DNA of 64,000 bases from an uncultured delta proteobacterium (GTDB lineage: Bacteria; Desulfobacterota; Binatia; UBA9968). A program made the translations under genes and the position numbers. The stretch is taken from the NCBI GenBank assembly GCA_963745835.1, contig CAVUZH010000022.1:288001-352000 (forward strand), given 5' to 3'. Within the stretch, counting starts at the first letter, position 1. Every line of letters starts with the position of its first letter. Below, one piece after another: positions 29,767 to 39,334 of this stretch. The notes beneath the pieces are model-generated. The model saw only the letters and a program-made list of their open reading frames with translations. It was not told the origin of the DNA and ran no database searches.

Positions 29767-30403
29767 TCATAGAGTTGTTGCAACGGACGGTTGCACTGCT
29801 TCCGAGCCGACCTGTGTGCGTAAGCAGCGCTCGGAAGCAGCCGCAACCGTGATATAATTCAACTCCCGCTGTTCTTTCACGCAGCGAAGCAAAAGCGCGC
29901 CGCGGCTCATATCACCCAGACCGACAAACTCGGCCGGAACCCTCAGTTGATGGCCGAGCGCTTGATTGAGTATGTCCAGGTACTTTCCGGTGGCGATGCT
30001 GCCCAGCAGAACCACTTCACAATCGCGGCCGATTTCACGGGCCAGTTGCTTGACGTCTCGCAGGAGAGCGCTTCGGTAGCGACGACTCTTTACACTAATC
30101 GGAACGCGGCTAAAACCACGCAATGTCGACATCCGCACCAACGCGCCGTCGGGCATCAAACCCGCGGTCGGAGTAATCAATCAGAACTCCCGAAGATGGC
30201 ACCGGCGGGTGAGCAAAGGCCCGCGCATAGGCAAGCTTGCCGCGAAAATAAAGCGCGCTAAGAAAACTGAAGACTTCGGCGAGAGACGCTCCTTCGGGAT
30301 TGCGCAAGCGCTGGGCGAGCTCGGAACGGGCCTCAGGACGGAGAATCCAGCCGGCCCGCACTCCATTACAATTGGCAGGCGAAAGTAGAAAAATCCGATT
30401 CAC
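29767..30403 (-). pseudogene. Uncharacterised protein coupled to polX, split by one frameshift near 30180
   Basis: MNRIFLLSPAN..LYFRGKLAYA..GVLI then ITPTAGL..VVLLGSIATGKY..GDMSRGALLLR in the next frame; start overlaps the polX stop. Confidence 0.65.
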
Positions 30404-32112
30404 GGCCGGACCGCATCCATAAACTCGTCAACCGGCAAGGTATTCAAAATATCATCACGCGACAACCAGCCCCGGCGGGCCATCGCCACGCCGTACGGTA
30501 GGTTCTCTAGATTTTTAAGCGAATGCGCATCTGTGGATACGACGAATCTGATTCCACGCTGCCGCGCGGCACGAATCCAGCGCGGCTCGAGATCCAGTCG
30601 GCGCGGGTCGCCGTTAACTTCTATCGCCGCGCGGGAAGCAGCAACCGCATCCAGCACTTCATCCATATGACATTCAAACGGCGGGCGCGACTCAATCAAC
30701 CGGCCGAGCGGGTGTCCCCAGATTTTAAATAGCGGCAGTTTCAGCGCGCGCAACAAACGAGTGGTCATCTGATCGGCGTTCATCTTGTGCCGTGTGTGGA
30801 TGCTGGCGATGATGATATGAAACTTTTCCAGAATGTAGTCCGGATAATCGAGCAAACCATCTTCGAGAATGTCCGATTCGGTTCCTTTTAACAACTTGAT
30901 CCGAACCCGCTCTTGAACTCGATCGATTTCCTCCCACTGCGCCCGCAAGCGATCGATCTTGACTCCGCCCGCGTAGGACGCGGTCGGCGAATGATCCGTG
31001 AAAGTGATGTACCGCATGCCCAGGGCTTCGGCGGCTCGGGCCATTTCTTCAACCGTGTTTTGCCCATCGGAATAGGTCGTGTGGCAGTGAACCATGCCTT
31101 GAATGTCCTCAGCGACAACCGCCTTCGGCAAGCTGCCGGTGGCAACAGCCTCGATCTCGCCTAGATTCTCGCGCAGCTCCGGCGCTATGTATTCGAGTCC
31201 TAATCGCCGGTAAATATCGCCTTCGGTTTCAACCTTCAACGCTTTACCCTTGGGACCGCGCAAACCCTCCGCGCTCAGCATAAGCCCTTGCGACCGCGCG
31301 CGATCTACCAGAGCCGCGTAATGATCTTTTGAGCCGGTCCAATAATGCAGAGCAGCGGCGTACTGCGCCGGCGCCACGATGTGGAGCTCGATCTCCAAAC
31401 CTCTGGCGAGACGCCCAATGCAGCGCCCGGCGCCGGTTTCATCGGATTGCGCAAATAACGGATAGCGCAGGAAACGTTCGATTGTGGTTTTCGGATCTGC
31501 GCTAGCGGCAACTATACAGATCCGCCGCACTGTTTCTTTGCAGCGTCGCAGCGAGCCGGCAATCTCACAATGAGCAATTTCCGAAGAGGCTCGTAAATAT
31601 TGAAGCAGCGGCTCGGCGTCTGCCAACGCATGCGAAATTAGAGTGCGGTCCTCCCGATGCTGCAACTTCTCGATGCCCGCGAGAATGTTCGCTTCAGCCT
31701 TTTGGCCAAAGCCTTTGACAGCCCGCACCAGCCCCTTCTCGCAAGCGGTTTTCAGATCATCAACGCTCTTGATAGCCAAACTTTCGTGCAGCGCGACGAT
31801 CTTCTTGAGAGTTAACCCGGGAACTTGGTTGAGGTCGACGGCACCAGTAGGCAGCTGCTCGCTTAACTGCTGCAACAGAGCGCTCTCACCGGTGTGGTAG
31901 ATTTCTTCGATGACGGCTGCCAAAGCCTTGCCGATTCCATCGATCTCGGTTAAGCGTCCCTCTTTGACCCGCGCATCGAAGTCGCCCGCCGCGTTTTCCA
32001 ACGCCCGCGCGGCCCGTTCATAGGCTCGTATTTTGAACGGGTTCTCGCCCATGACGCTGAGCAACCGACCGACCTGCCTCAATTGTCCGGCTATATAAAA
32101 TCTATCCTGCAT
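30400..32112 (-). CDS. polX: Family X DNA polymerase/PHP exonuclease (altered polymerase active site)
   Basis: ENPFKIRAY, HhH motifs, AGSLRR, PELRE; PHP motifs HCHT..SDG, TDHS, GHP, TDAH. Confidence 0.93.
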   Translation of the reverse strand: MQDRFYIAGQLRQVGRLLSVMGENPFKIRAYERAARALENAAGDFDARVKEGRLTEIDGIGKALAAVIEEIYHTGESALLQQLSEQLPTGAVDLNQVPGLTLKKIVALHESLAIKSVDDLKTACEKGLVRAVKGFGQKAEANILAGIEKLQHREDRTLISHALADAEPLLQYLRASSEIAHCEIAGSLRRCKETVRRICIVAASADPKTTIERFLRYPLFAQSDETGAGRCIGRLARGLEIELHIVAPAQYAAALHYWTGSKDHYAALVDRARSQGLMLSAEGLRGPKGKALKVETEGDIYRRLGLEYIAPELRENLGEIEAVATGSLPKAVVAEDIQGMVHCHTTYSDGQNTVEEMARAAEALGMRYITFTDHSPTASYAGGVKIDRLRAQWEEIDRVQERVRIKLLKGTESDILEDGLLDYPDYILEKFHIIIASIHTRHKMNADQMTTRLLRALKLPLFKIWGHPLGRLIESRPPFECHMDEVLDAVAASRAAIEVNGDPRRLDLEPRWIRAARQRGIRFVVSTDAHSLKNLENLPYGVAMARRGWLSRDDILNTLPVDEFMDAVRP

Positions 32113-32185
32113 TGGAAGGACTGCTCCAGATTTCCATACAGATTAACCGCCGCGCTCTGACGGGGCAATAGGGCTTCGACTACGA

Positions 32186-32653
32186 TTAAGCTTTAGACGG
32201 CATTTTGGGTAGCAGCTTAGCGAGCACCTCCAGGGTGGAGGCGACTTCCCCTAAGCCTAAAGCATTGGTAGGGTGACTCGCTAGAACGGGTGGCGCGGCT
32301 TTTTGTCTGAGTTCCGGTAGTCTGCGCAGCATCTCTTCGCGGAGTATCAGCACCTCGGCTTTATATTTGTCCTCGTATTGAGCAAGCAGATGTTGCGTGG
32401 CTTTGAGCGATTCATCATTGCACGATTGCCGGAGTTGATTTTTGGCTTGTTCAGTTTTAGCCAATTCGTTTTCTCTATCGCAGCGGCTTCGAAGCTTTTC
32501 ATCCGTAGCCATCATTTCTCTGGCGAGAACGCGTAACGCGCGCGCCGTTGTTAATCCTTTTTCGGACAGATCCTCATTGGAAAGATCACGATAGCCCATA
32601 GGCCCTGACCGAGCGGTCGGGCGCCAGCTCGTAAGAATCGCACCGACGAGCAC
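32186..32653 (-). CDS. Hypothetical membrane-anchored helical protein
   Basis: Long open frame preceded in frame by a hydrophobic stretch; start uncertain. Confidence 0.5.
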   Translation of the reverse strand: MLVGAILTSWRPTARSGPMGYRDLSNEDLSEKGLTTARALRVLAREMMATDEKLRSRCDRENELAKTEQAKNQLRQSCNDESLKATQHLLAQYEDKYKAEVLILREEMLRRLPELRQKAAPPVLASHPTNALGLGEVASTLEVLAKLLPKMPSKA

Positions 32654-32894
32654 TCCGAGAGCGAAAAATAAACCGAGCAGGAACGGATGCTGTCGGATGG
32701 TTTTTATTTGACTCGTTAGATTGATAACGCGCTTCTCCGCGACACCTCCTTTTTACCCGTCATTGGCAGGGAGTCAATGGATGTCACACGGCAGCGCCGG
32801 AATTTCTGACAATATATTCAGTCAGATCCAGAGACGTGGATCGGGAAGCTTCAAAGCCAAGTAAGCCTGAGAAAGATTATATGGCTTTTCACGC

Positions 32895-32925
32895 AAAAGG
32901 CGGACGATGGTGCCACCGCCCGCCT
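32895..32925 (-). terminator. Intrinsic terminator after the BON gene
   Basis: Minus strand AGGCGGGCGGTG-gcac-CATCGTCCGCCT followed by a T run. Confidence 0.6.
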
Positions 32926-32953
32926 CTCGTTCTTTGAAGATAAACGTCGAAAG

Positions 32954-33355
32954 CTAATTGCTGGCAATCTCAAGTTGGTTCTCGACGTTCTTCACGCCGG
33001 CTACTTGTTTTGCCTTGCTCTCGATCGCTTTTTTCTCCTCCTGAGTCTTCACCGGGCCACGCAAGGTCACCTGACCGTCGTTGGTGATGATCTTCACGTT
33101 CTGGGCGTTGGTGGAAAGCTTGTCGTCATCGACAATGGATTTCCGTACTTCCTGCGTGATCTTTCGGTCGGCTTCGTTCTCCGATTGATCTCCCGCGGTC
33201 TTTGTTGCATCGTTGCGATCCCGCTCGTTTTTGGCGGTATTATCAGCCGCGACCGATGGCGAAGATTTAGATCCGGTTTGACCCGCTCGATCTTGCTCTT
33301 TAGAACAACCGAGCATTACAAAACCTGAAAAGAAAACGATCAGCAATAATTTCAT
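32954..33355 (-). CDS. BON-domain (OsmY-like) lipoprotein
   Basis: MLGC lipobox; NVKIIT..GQVTLRGPV..GVKNVENQL. Confidence 0.92.
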   Translation of the reverse strand: MKLLLIVFFSGFVMLGCSKEQDRAGQTGSKSSPSVAADNTAKNERDRNDATKTAGDQSENEADRKITQEVRKSIVDDDKLSTNAQNVKIITNDGQVTLRGPVKTQEEKKAIESKAKQVAGVKNVENQLEIASN

Positions 33356-33391
33356 GACGCCTCCTGAAAAAAATATTTCAGCGATACTACG

Positions 33392-33407
33392 CGCAACTGT
33401 TGTGCCA
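33392..33407 (-). promoter_or_regulatory. Putative sigma54 -24/-12 promoter
   Basis: Minus strand TGGCAC-AACAG-TTGCG, ~36 bp upstream of the BON ATG. Confidence 0.7.
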
Positions 33408-33533
33408 AGGGCGTTGAGAGGCTGCTCTTCAAAGTCTGCGAGGCTTTGCTGTTTCAGCCGTGGGACTTTTTCTCAAAACCGAGACGCATTTTTGGCGCCT
33501 GGGTTGGATGGAAAGGTTGTCAGATCACCGTAG

Positions 33534-34031
33534 CTAAAAGCTCATCAGCCGTTGAAATAGCCAGCCCAGCCCGACAAGCACAGCGATCAACAATAATAAA
33601 AGACCGCCGATTACCGCCAAAACAAACAGCCAATCCGCAGCCGCCGCGCCTTGACGGGGTTGGGTTGCGTAGCGCTCCAGCAACTGAGCATTTCTGACGT
33701 TGCTGCGGAACCAAATCGAAAAGAGATCTCCGACGAACGGAATAGCGCCGACAAGCGTATTCAACGCTATATTCAAAGCCATACGTAATAGGACTACTTT
33801 AGGCAGATTGAATTTCGCGCCAATGAAAAGAATCGCTGACCCCGCGAGATTGGCGAGGGTATCGCCGATGCCGGGTATTAGCCCGATAAGCGGATCGAGC
33901 CCAATCCGGATCGAGGTCCCAGGAATGGTAAAACGCTGATCGAGAAGCTCAGCGAGAAAGCGCGCAAAAAGTTGCGGCGCCGCATCCGAAGACGGCGCCG
34001 GCTGTTTTGCTTTAGGACGAGCCGCGCACAA
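33534..34031 (-). CDS. DUF4112 membrane protein
   Basis: LLD..F.IPGT.IRIGLDPLIGLIPGIGD..GAIPFVGDLF..FRSN.RN. Confidence 0.88.
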   Translation of the reverse strand: MCAARPKAKQPAPSSDAAPQLFARFLAELLDQRFTIPGTSIRIGLDPLIGLIPGIGDTLANLAGSAILFIGAKFNLPKVVLLRMALNIALNTLVGAIPFVGDLFSIWFRSNVRNAQLLERYATQPRQGAAAADWLFVLAVIGGLLLLLIAVLVGLGWLFQRLMSF

Positions 34032-34224
34032 TTATCGCTGCAACAGCTGTTCGCCGGTCACTTCCAGTTGGCTATTTTTCCAGGCGGCATACTCCTCGGC
34101 TCGTTGCTTTGCGTCCGGGCCGCAGAACAGCGCGGAAAATATTTCGTTGTGACTGGCTTCATTGACTCGCAATCGCAAGGAATTCCCCCGATCGCTCCTT
34201 GGATTCTTTGACTTCGTATTTCAT
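34032..34224 (-). pseudogene. Small hypothetical protein with one frameshift (absent from ORF track)
   Basis: AGGAGG RBS, MKYEVKESKERSGEFLAIA, then VNEASHNEIFSALFCGPDAKQRAEEYAAWKN..* in the next frame. Confidence 0.45.
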
Positions 34225-34522
34225 GCTTTTAACCTCCTGAATTCATACTGCGTCGGTGAAGCGCGCTCATCAAGACACCGCCGAGCGCTTTTTAGCGATT
34301 CTGGTCGGTTGCGCATGCAGCCGGATGAATGCGCTGCAATAAATCCTCGAAAAAAGATTTCGGCTGAAATGACGATCTCACGGTCGAGCACATATCTATC
34401 CGCATCGAGCTGCATAATAGAGACAACGACTCGGAAATAGCGATTGCATGATTCGCCCTTCGAATTGTATTTCGGTTCGGGATCTTGAGCAGGCACGAGG
34501 CTTCATGGGCGGAAACGACGGG

Positions 34523-35551
34523 CTAACCGGTAGCGTCATACAGGGTTTCCAATCTGGCGCGTCCGGTTTGCGCCAGCAAAGGCGCCCACAAATCACCTAG
34601 CTTGTGAATCCGCGCACGAACATTGCCGATGTGGAAGTCTTCGATACGCGGTCCCTTCTTCAGCTCCTTCCAGGTAATCGGAGTCGAAACGGTTGCTTTA
34701 GGCTGTGGTCTCACCGAGTAAATCGAGGATAAGGTTTGGCCCCAGGCGTTTTGATTATAATCAACCAGAACTCGCTTGTTCGGCCTCTTGGCGATTCGGT
34801 ATTCGGCGGTGATTAAATCCGGACGCAGAGCTGCCATGGTATTGGCAAACTTTTTAGCGACCGCCCAAACCTGCTTCTGGGTTGGCCCGCGCATGATCGG
34901 CACGTAGACATGAAAGCCCCTCGAGCCGGTAGTTTTAATCAGGGAGGGTAACTTCAAACTCTCCAAGGCGTCATGCACTACCGAGGCGGTCTCCAACATC
35001 TGCTCCCAGGTTGCACCTTTCACCGGATCGAGGTCGAAATGTAAATAATCCGGCCGATCGACATCATCGCAGCGAGCATACCAAGGATTTAGATCGATGC
35101 ATCCAAGATTGATAACCCATAGGAGCGAGGCGAGATCCCGAATCACCGGAAAGTCGATAACGTTCCCGGACGAATGCTCAATCGCGCAGGTCTCAATCCA
35201 CTCTGGGCGCGGCGATGGCGCGCGTTTCATGAAAAAGAATTCACCGGCGATGCCATGAGGATAGCGCTTCATAACCATCGCGCGATTGACCAGGTGGGGC
35301 AACAACACCGGCGCGACATCGGCATAGAACTGAAGCAGATCGCCTTTGGTTATTCCCAGATCAGGCCAAAATACTTTACGCAAATTGGTTAGCGTAATAT
35401 TTTTCTCTTCCAAATCGATTTCAACGCTGTCCCTGTCTTTGGGAATCTGCAACGGACTGGAGGCAGGGGTGCTCGGCCTCCGCGGTTTCGCACGATGCGT
35501 TGCCCGACGACGATCTCTCGTTGCCGTTTTGGAAGTTGGTTGTTGCCGCAT
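34523..35551 (-). CDS. Stand-alone LigD primase-polymerase (POL) domain
   Basis: LTNLRKVFWP, RYPHG, FFMK, FDLDP, KTTGSRGFH, VDYNQN, YSVRP..ATVSTP; no ligase domain; start uncertain. Confidence 0.92.
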   Translation of the reverse strand: MRQQPTSKTATRDRRRATHRAKPRRPSTPASSPLQIPKDRDSVEIDLEEKNITLTNLRKVFWPDLGITKGDLLQFYADVAPVLLPHLVNRAMVMKRYPHGIAGEFFFMKRAPSPRPEWIETCAIEHSSGNVIDFPVIRDLASLLWVINLGCIDLNPWYARCDDVDRPDYLHFDLDPVKGATWEQMLETASVVHDALESLKLPSLIKTTGSRGFHVYVPIMRGPTQKQVWAVAKKFANTMAALRPDLITAEYRIAKRPNKRVLVDYNQNAWGQTLSSIYSVRPQPKATVSTPITWKELKKGPRIEDFHIGNVRARIHKLGDLWAPLLAQTGRARLETLYDATG

Positions 35552-35733
35552 CAACGTAGCCAAAAGCAAAGCCTGAGCCAGCAGATCTTCATGCACCCGA
35601 GGGCTGACGGTTATAAGATGCGCGCAGAAATCATTGACAGAAGTTACGATAGCGGAACCGACTTCGTGTCCCAATAGCGAGAATAAAGAAATCGACCTTG
35701 CTTCAACGCAATTCGACCTTTACCCTAAATGAA

Positions 35734-36480
35734 ATGGGAGAAGCAGCTAAAGGGATTCCGGATGAGAGCGAAGTCGAAACCGCTGAGAAAACTCGCGGCC
35801 CGCTGCTGAAATGTCTCCTGCTTGTTGCTCTGCTACTCGGGTTATCCATCGCCTGGCGCTGGACGCCGATCAGTGAATGGATCAATTTCAGAACTATCGT
35901 TGAATGGCAAAACTCCGTGCGCGCTCATCCGGCGGCGCTTTTATTCGTGGTCGGCACCTATTTAGTGGGAGGTCTGGTTCTCTTTCCGGTAACCATTCTC
36001 AACGTCGCCACGGTTTTTACCTTCGGCCCGATCCGGGGCAACGCCTATGGACTCGCAGGATGGCTTGCCAGTGCCGCACTGGGCTATGCTATAGGCCGGG
36101 CTTTCAAGCACAAGCTTTTTCACCGATTCGCCGGTCCGCGAATCGACCGGCTTCTCGAACAGGCGGCCGGCCATGGCTTTTTGGCTGTGCTTACTATGCG
36201 CCTCTTACCGGTAGCGCCGTTCACTCTGGTTAATATTTTTATCGGCACCATTCCGATTCGCTTCCGACACTTCATTATGGCCAGCATCGTCGGCAGAATA
36301 CCCGGTATAATCGTACTGACGTTTGCCGGACTTCAGCTCGAACAGGTTCTGCGCAATCCAGGGGTGGGCAGCTTCGTTGCTTTGATAGTGGTTTTAGCGT
36401 TGCTTCTCATCGCTGCGTCATGGTTCTTGAAACGCTTCAAAGAGCGCCATGAGCAGTCGACAAAATCTTCCCGGCCATGA
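35734..36480 (+). CDS. TVP38/TMEM64 (DedA/VTT) membrane protein
   Basis: FPVT, FGP, MRLLPVAPFTLVN, GRIPG. Confidence 0.9.
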   Translation: MGEAAKGIPDESEVETAEKTRGPLLKCLLLVALLLGLSIAWRWTPISEWINFRTIVEWQNSVRAHPAALLFVVGTYLVGGLVLFPVTILNVATVFTFGPIRGNAYGLAGWLASAALGYAIGRAFKHKLFHRFAGPRIDRLLEQAAGHGFLAVLTMRLLPVAPFTLVNIFIGTIPIRFRHFIMASIVGRIPGIIVLTFAGLQLEQVLRNPGVGSFVALIVVLALLLIAASWFLKRFKERHEQSTKSSRP

Positions 36481-36494
36481 ACCTTCGCGAGATA

Positions 36495-37316
36495 CTATTT
36501 GTTCAGATAAAGTTTTCGCGCAGCGCGGAAATGTGCCACCGCTTCGGCTTTCTCATTTAACGACTCGCACAACAAAGCTAAGTTATAGTGGGCATCGGCG
36601 AAGCTCGGATCGAGCTCGACTGCTTCCTGGTAAGCGCGGCGGGCGGCTTGGATTTGCCGCGCATCTTCAAGCAACACACCGAGATTGAATTTCGGCGCCG
36701 GGTCCTTCGGTGCGCTTTCGGCGGCAGCACGGTAGTGAGCTTCGGCTTTCTTGAGCTCACCGAGGTCATGATAAAGCTTTCCCAAATTTAGGTGCGCATC
36801 CGCCATTTTCGCATCTTGCTCTAGCGCCATGTGGTAAGCCCGTTGAGCTTCCTTGACTGAACTCTCCTCCAACTCCACGGCCACATCGAACCAATGTTGA
36901 GCGCTCAGTTTGCTGGCTTGCGGCTTTGCCGGAATTATCGGCGCGTTAAGCTTCTGCACCACGGCCTGGGCATCGAAGTTGAACAAAAATTGTCCGGAGT
37001 CGGGCTGCCAGCGAGCCTTGCCGTCCCACGCGATCACTCGTCGATTATCGGCATATATTTTCACGCTGGACAGATGTTGATCGCCGGGAAGCTGGCGCTT
37101 CAACGACAACAGCATGCGGATGATGTTTTTAGATGGAACGCGGGAGTCGAGGAGACCTTTGGCTGTCTTGAGAAAGAGAACGTCTTGAAACGTAAATTGC
37201 AGCGATTTCTTCTTGCCGCGGCCGGGCTTGAGAAATCCGGCGCGAACAAAAGAGCGGATGCGACTGCCTGGAAGGTTGAGAATCTTCGCCACCTCGCCGG
37301 TGGTGAACAGTTTCAT
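36495..37316 (-). CDS. MerR-like HTH plus TPR-repeat protein
   Basis: FTTGEVAKIL..IRSFVRAGFLKP..FTFQDV; DAHLNLG, FNLGVLLED, DAHYNLA TPRs; ATGA overlap with ku. Confidence 0.85.
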   Translation of the reverse strand: MKLFTTGEVAKILNLPGSRIRSFVRAGFLKPGRGKKKSLQFTFQDVLFLKTAKGLLDSRVPSKNIIRMLLSLKRQLPGDQHLSSVKIYADNRRVIAWDGKARWQPDSGQFLFNFDAQAVVQKLNAPIIPAKPQASKLSAQHWFDVAVELEESSVKEAQRAYHMALEQDAKMADAHLNLGKLYHDLGELKKAEAHYRAAAESAPKDPAPKFNLGVLLEDARQIQAARRAYQEAVELDPSFADAHYNLALLCESLNEKAEAVAHFRAARKLYLNK

Positions 37317-38170
37317 TTCTTACCGGATTGAGCTCTCTTTTTGGCCTTCTCGGGCTGAGCCGCCTTCGCCCGAACTGCCGGCTTCTTTTCCTGCGGAACT
37401 TTTTTGCCGAGACTTTCCTTGAGCGCGGCCACCAAGTCGATGACCTGAGCCCGCGGCGCCGGGGGCGCGGCGATGGTGATTTGTTTTCCCTCCGCCTTGC
37501 TGTTGATCAGCTCCAGAACACGGTCGCGGTATTCGTCCTCATATTTTTCCGGGCTGAACTGCTCGCTCGAAAGCTCCTCGATAAGCCTGAGCGCCAGGTT
37601 GGTTTCCGCATCCGTGACCTTGGCCGATTCGCCTTTACCTATCTCACCAAAATTACGCACCTCGTCGGCGAAATACATCGCGTGAAGCATCAGGCCATTC
37701 TGCGCCGAGCGCACCAGCACTAAATTTTCTTTGCCGCGCATGACGAACTTGGCTAAGGCAACCTTGCCGGCTTGCGCCATCGCATCGGACAACAAACGAT
37801 AAGGTTTTTCGCCCCCCTTGTCGGGGCCCAGATAATAACTCTTTTCGAAGTAAACAGGATCAACCTGTGAAAGCGGCACAAATTCGGCAATCTGGATGGC
37901 ATTGGACGCCTCGTCCTCAAGCGCTTTCAACTCCTCGTCCTGGATCTTGACGTATTGATCCTTGGCAAACTCGTAGCCTTTAACCAGATCATCGCGCTCG
38001 ACCACCTCATTACAGACCGGACAAAAGCGCTGTTGCCGGATCCGATTGCCGCATCTGGCGTGAAGCAAATTGAAGCTCACCGACTGCGAGGAGGCGGCTG
38101 AGTAAAGTCTAACGGGAATTGATACTAAACCGAAGGAAATCGTACCGGAACCAATAGAATGCGGGGGCAT
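37313..38170 (-). CDS. ku: NHEJ DNA end-binding protein Ku
   Basis: GTISFGLVSIPV, VKGYE, YFEKSYYL, Y.DEYR, VIDLVAALKESL, basic tail. Confidence 0.97.
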   Translation of the reverse strand: MPPHSIGSGTISFGLVSIPVRLYSAASSQSVSFNLLHARCGNRIRQQRFCPVCNEVVERDDLVKGYEFAKDQYVKIQDEELKALEDEASNAIQIAEFVPLSQVDPVYFEKSYYLGPDKGGEKPYRLLSDAMAQAGKVALAKFVMRGKENLVLVRSAQNGLMLHAMYFADEVRNFGEIGKGESAKVTDAETNLALRLIEELSSEQFSPEKYEDEYRDRVLELINSKAEGKQITIAAPPAPRAQVIDLVAALKESLGKKVPQEKKPAVRAKAAQPEKAKKRAQSGKK

Positions 38171-38345
38171 GATGCTTCCTCCTTCAAGTCTAACCCAGGC
38201 TCAGGCAAAACCACGAGCGAACAAGAACCTTGTCCTCTATTATAACAGGCGCGGCAAATTTGAAATAGCTGCTGAGTTATGATTTAGTGAGTGAAATTTG
38301 TCCCGCCTAACGCGCTGACGCGCAGAACGAGGAGAGAAAGACCCG

Positions 38346-39035
38346 ATGAGACGTCCTCTGGCTGTTATCTTCAACCTAGTGATCTGCCTATCAATCTCGG
38401 CACTACCTCCCCTTGCATGGTCTTTGCCGCTACCTTCCGAGTCTTCTCTCCGGGAACTTATTCCTCTGGCCAGCTGGCAGAAAGAATTTAAGATCACCGA
38501 GGGCAAAGACCGCGGCAAAGTGGTCCCGCTCACGTCCGAACCCGACCTTGCCAATGGAAAACGATGGAAGCTCATTTTCGGCAACTACGCTGCCGTCCAT
38601 GTGGTTCGAGAACCCGGCGGCGCATTGACGATGAAGCGACTCGACTTGCCAAACAGCCGGAGTTTTATCATCTATGATTCGGCTCTGCCGGTGATGCCCA
38701 GCGACGTCAAATCCTCCGACCTTATTCATCGGGAGACCGGTTACAAGATGTACAGTCTTGCCACCGGCAAGCTCAAGCGCGCCGGGCGGGTGACGCACCA
38801 GGTAAAGCCCGCCTCATCGTCGCAGTTCGACACTCCCGCCGGCCGCCTCGACGGCTACTATGTGGAGATCGATCACCGCATGGATATGGAATACTACAGC
38901 CAATTGCATCTGACACTCGGGCTCGGATGCCAATTGGACCAGGGACCGGTTTACGGCTCGGGGCAGTACACATTGACTAAACTGGGTGTTTTTAGCGAAA
39001 GTAAAACCGCCGGAGCCGTGCTGGTTGCGCAATGA
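38346..39035 (+). CDS. Hypothetical exported protein
   Basis: GGAGA RBS, signal peptide, 229-aa ORF. Confidence 0.65.
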   Translation: MRRPLAVIFNLVICLSISALPPLAWSLPLPSESSLRELIPLASWQKEFKITEGKDRGKVVPLTSEPDLANGKRWKLIFGNYAAVHVVREPGGALTMKRLDLPNSRSFIIYDSALPVMPSDVKSSDLIHRETGYKMYSLATGKLKRAGRVTHQVKPASSSQFDTPAGRLDGYYVEIDHRMDMEYYSQLHLTLGLGCQLDQGPVYGSGQYTLTKLGVFSESKTAGAVLVAQ

Positions 39036-39334
39036 CCGACAGCTTTTTTGATTAGACACAGCGCAACACCCGGGGTCACCCGATACCAAACAACTACCGT
39101 TCTACCGGATCAAACCATAACCAAAATTATTGCTGCACGGTCGTGCGTCACCTGCTGAGGATTCTGTGAGCACGAGGTCGTGAAGGCTTAGTGGCACTTC
39201 GAGTCGCCGCGATTAGAGTTGTCTCGGCTGGCTGTCGCCGAATCCCGCCATACCTTGATAAATCGCGCGCCACCTGCGCGCGGCTTCTTGCACCATCAAA
39301 CGGCACATACTATTGAATATTGTCAAACCTGAGT

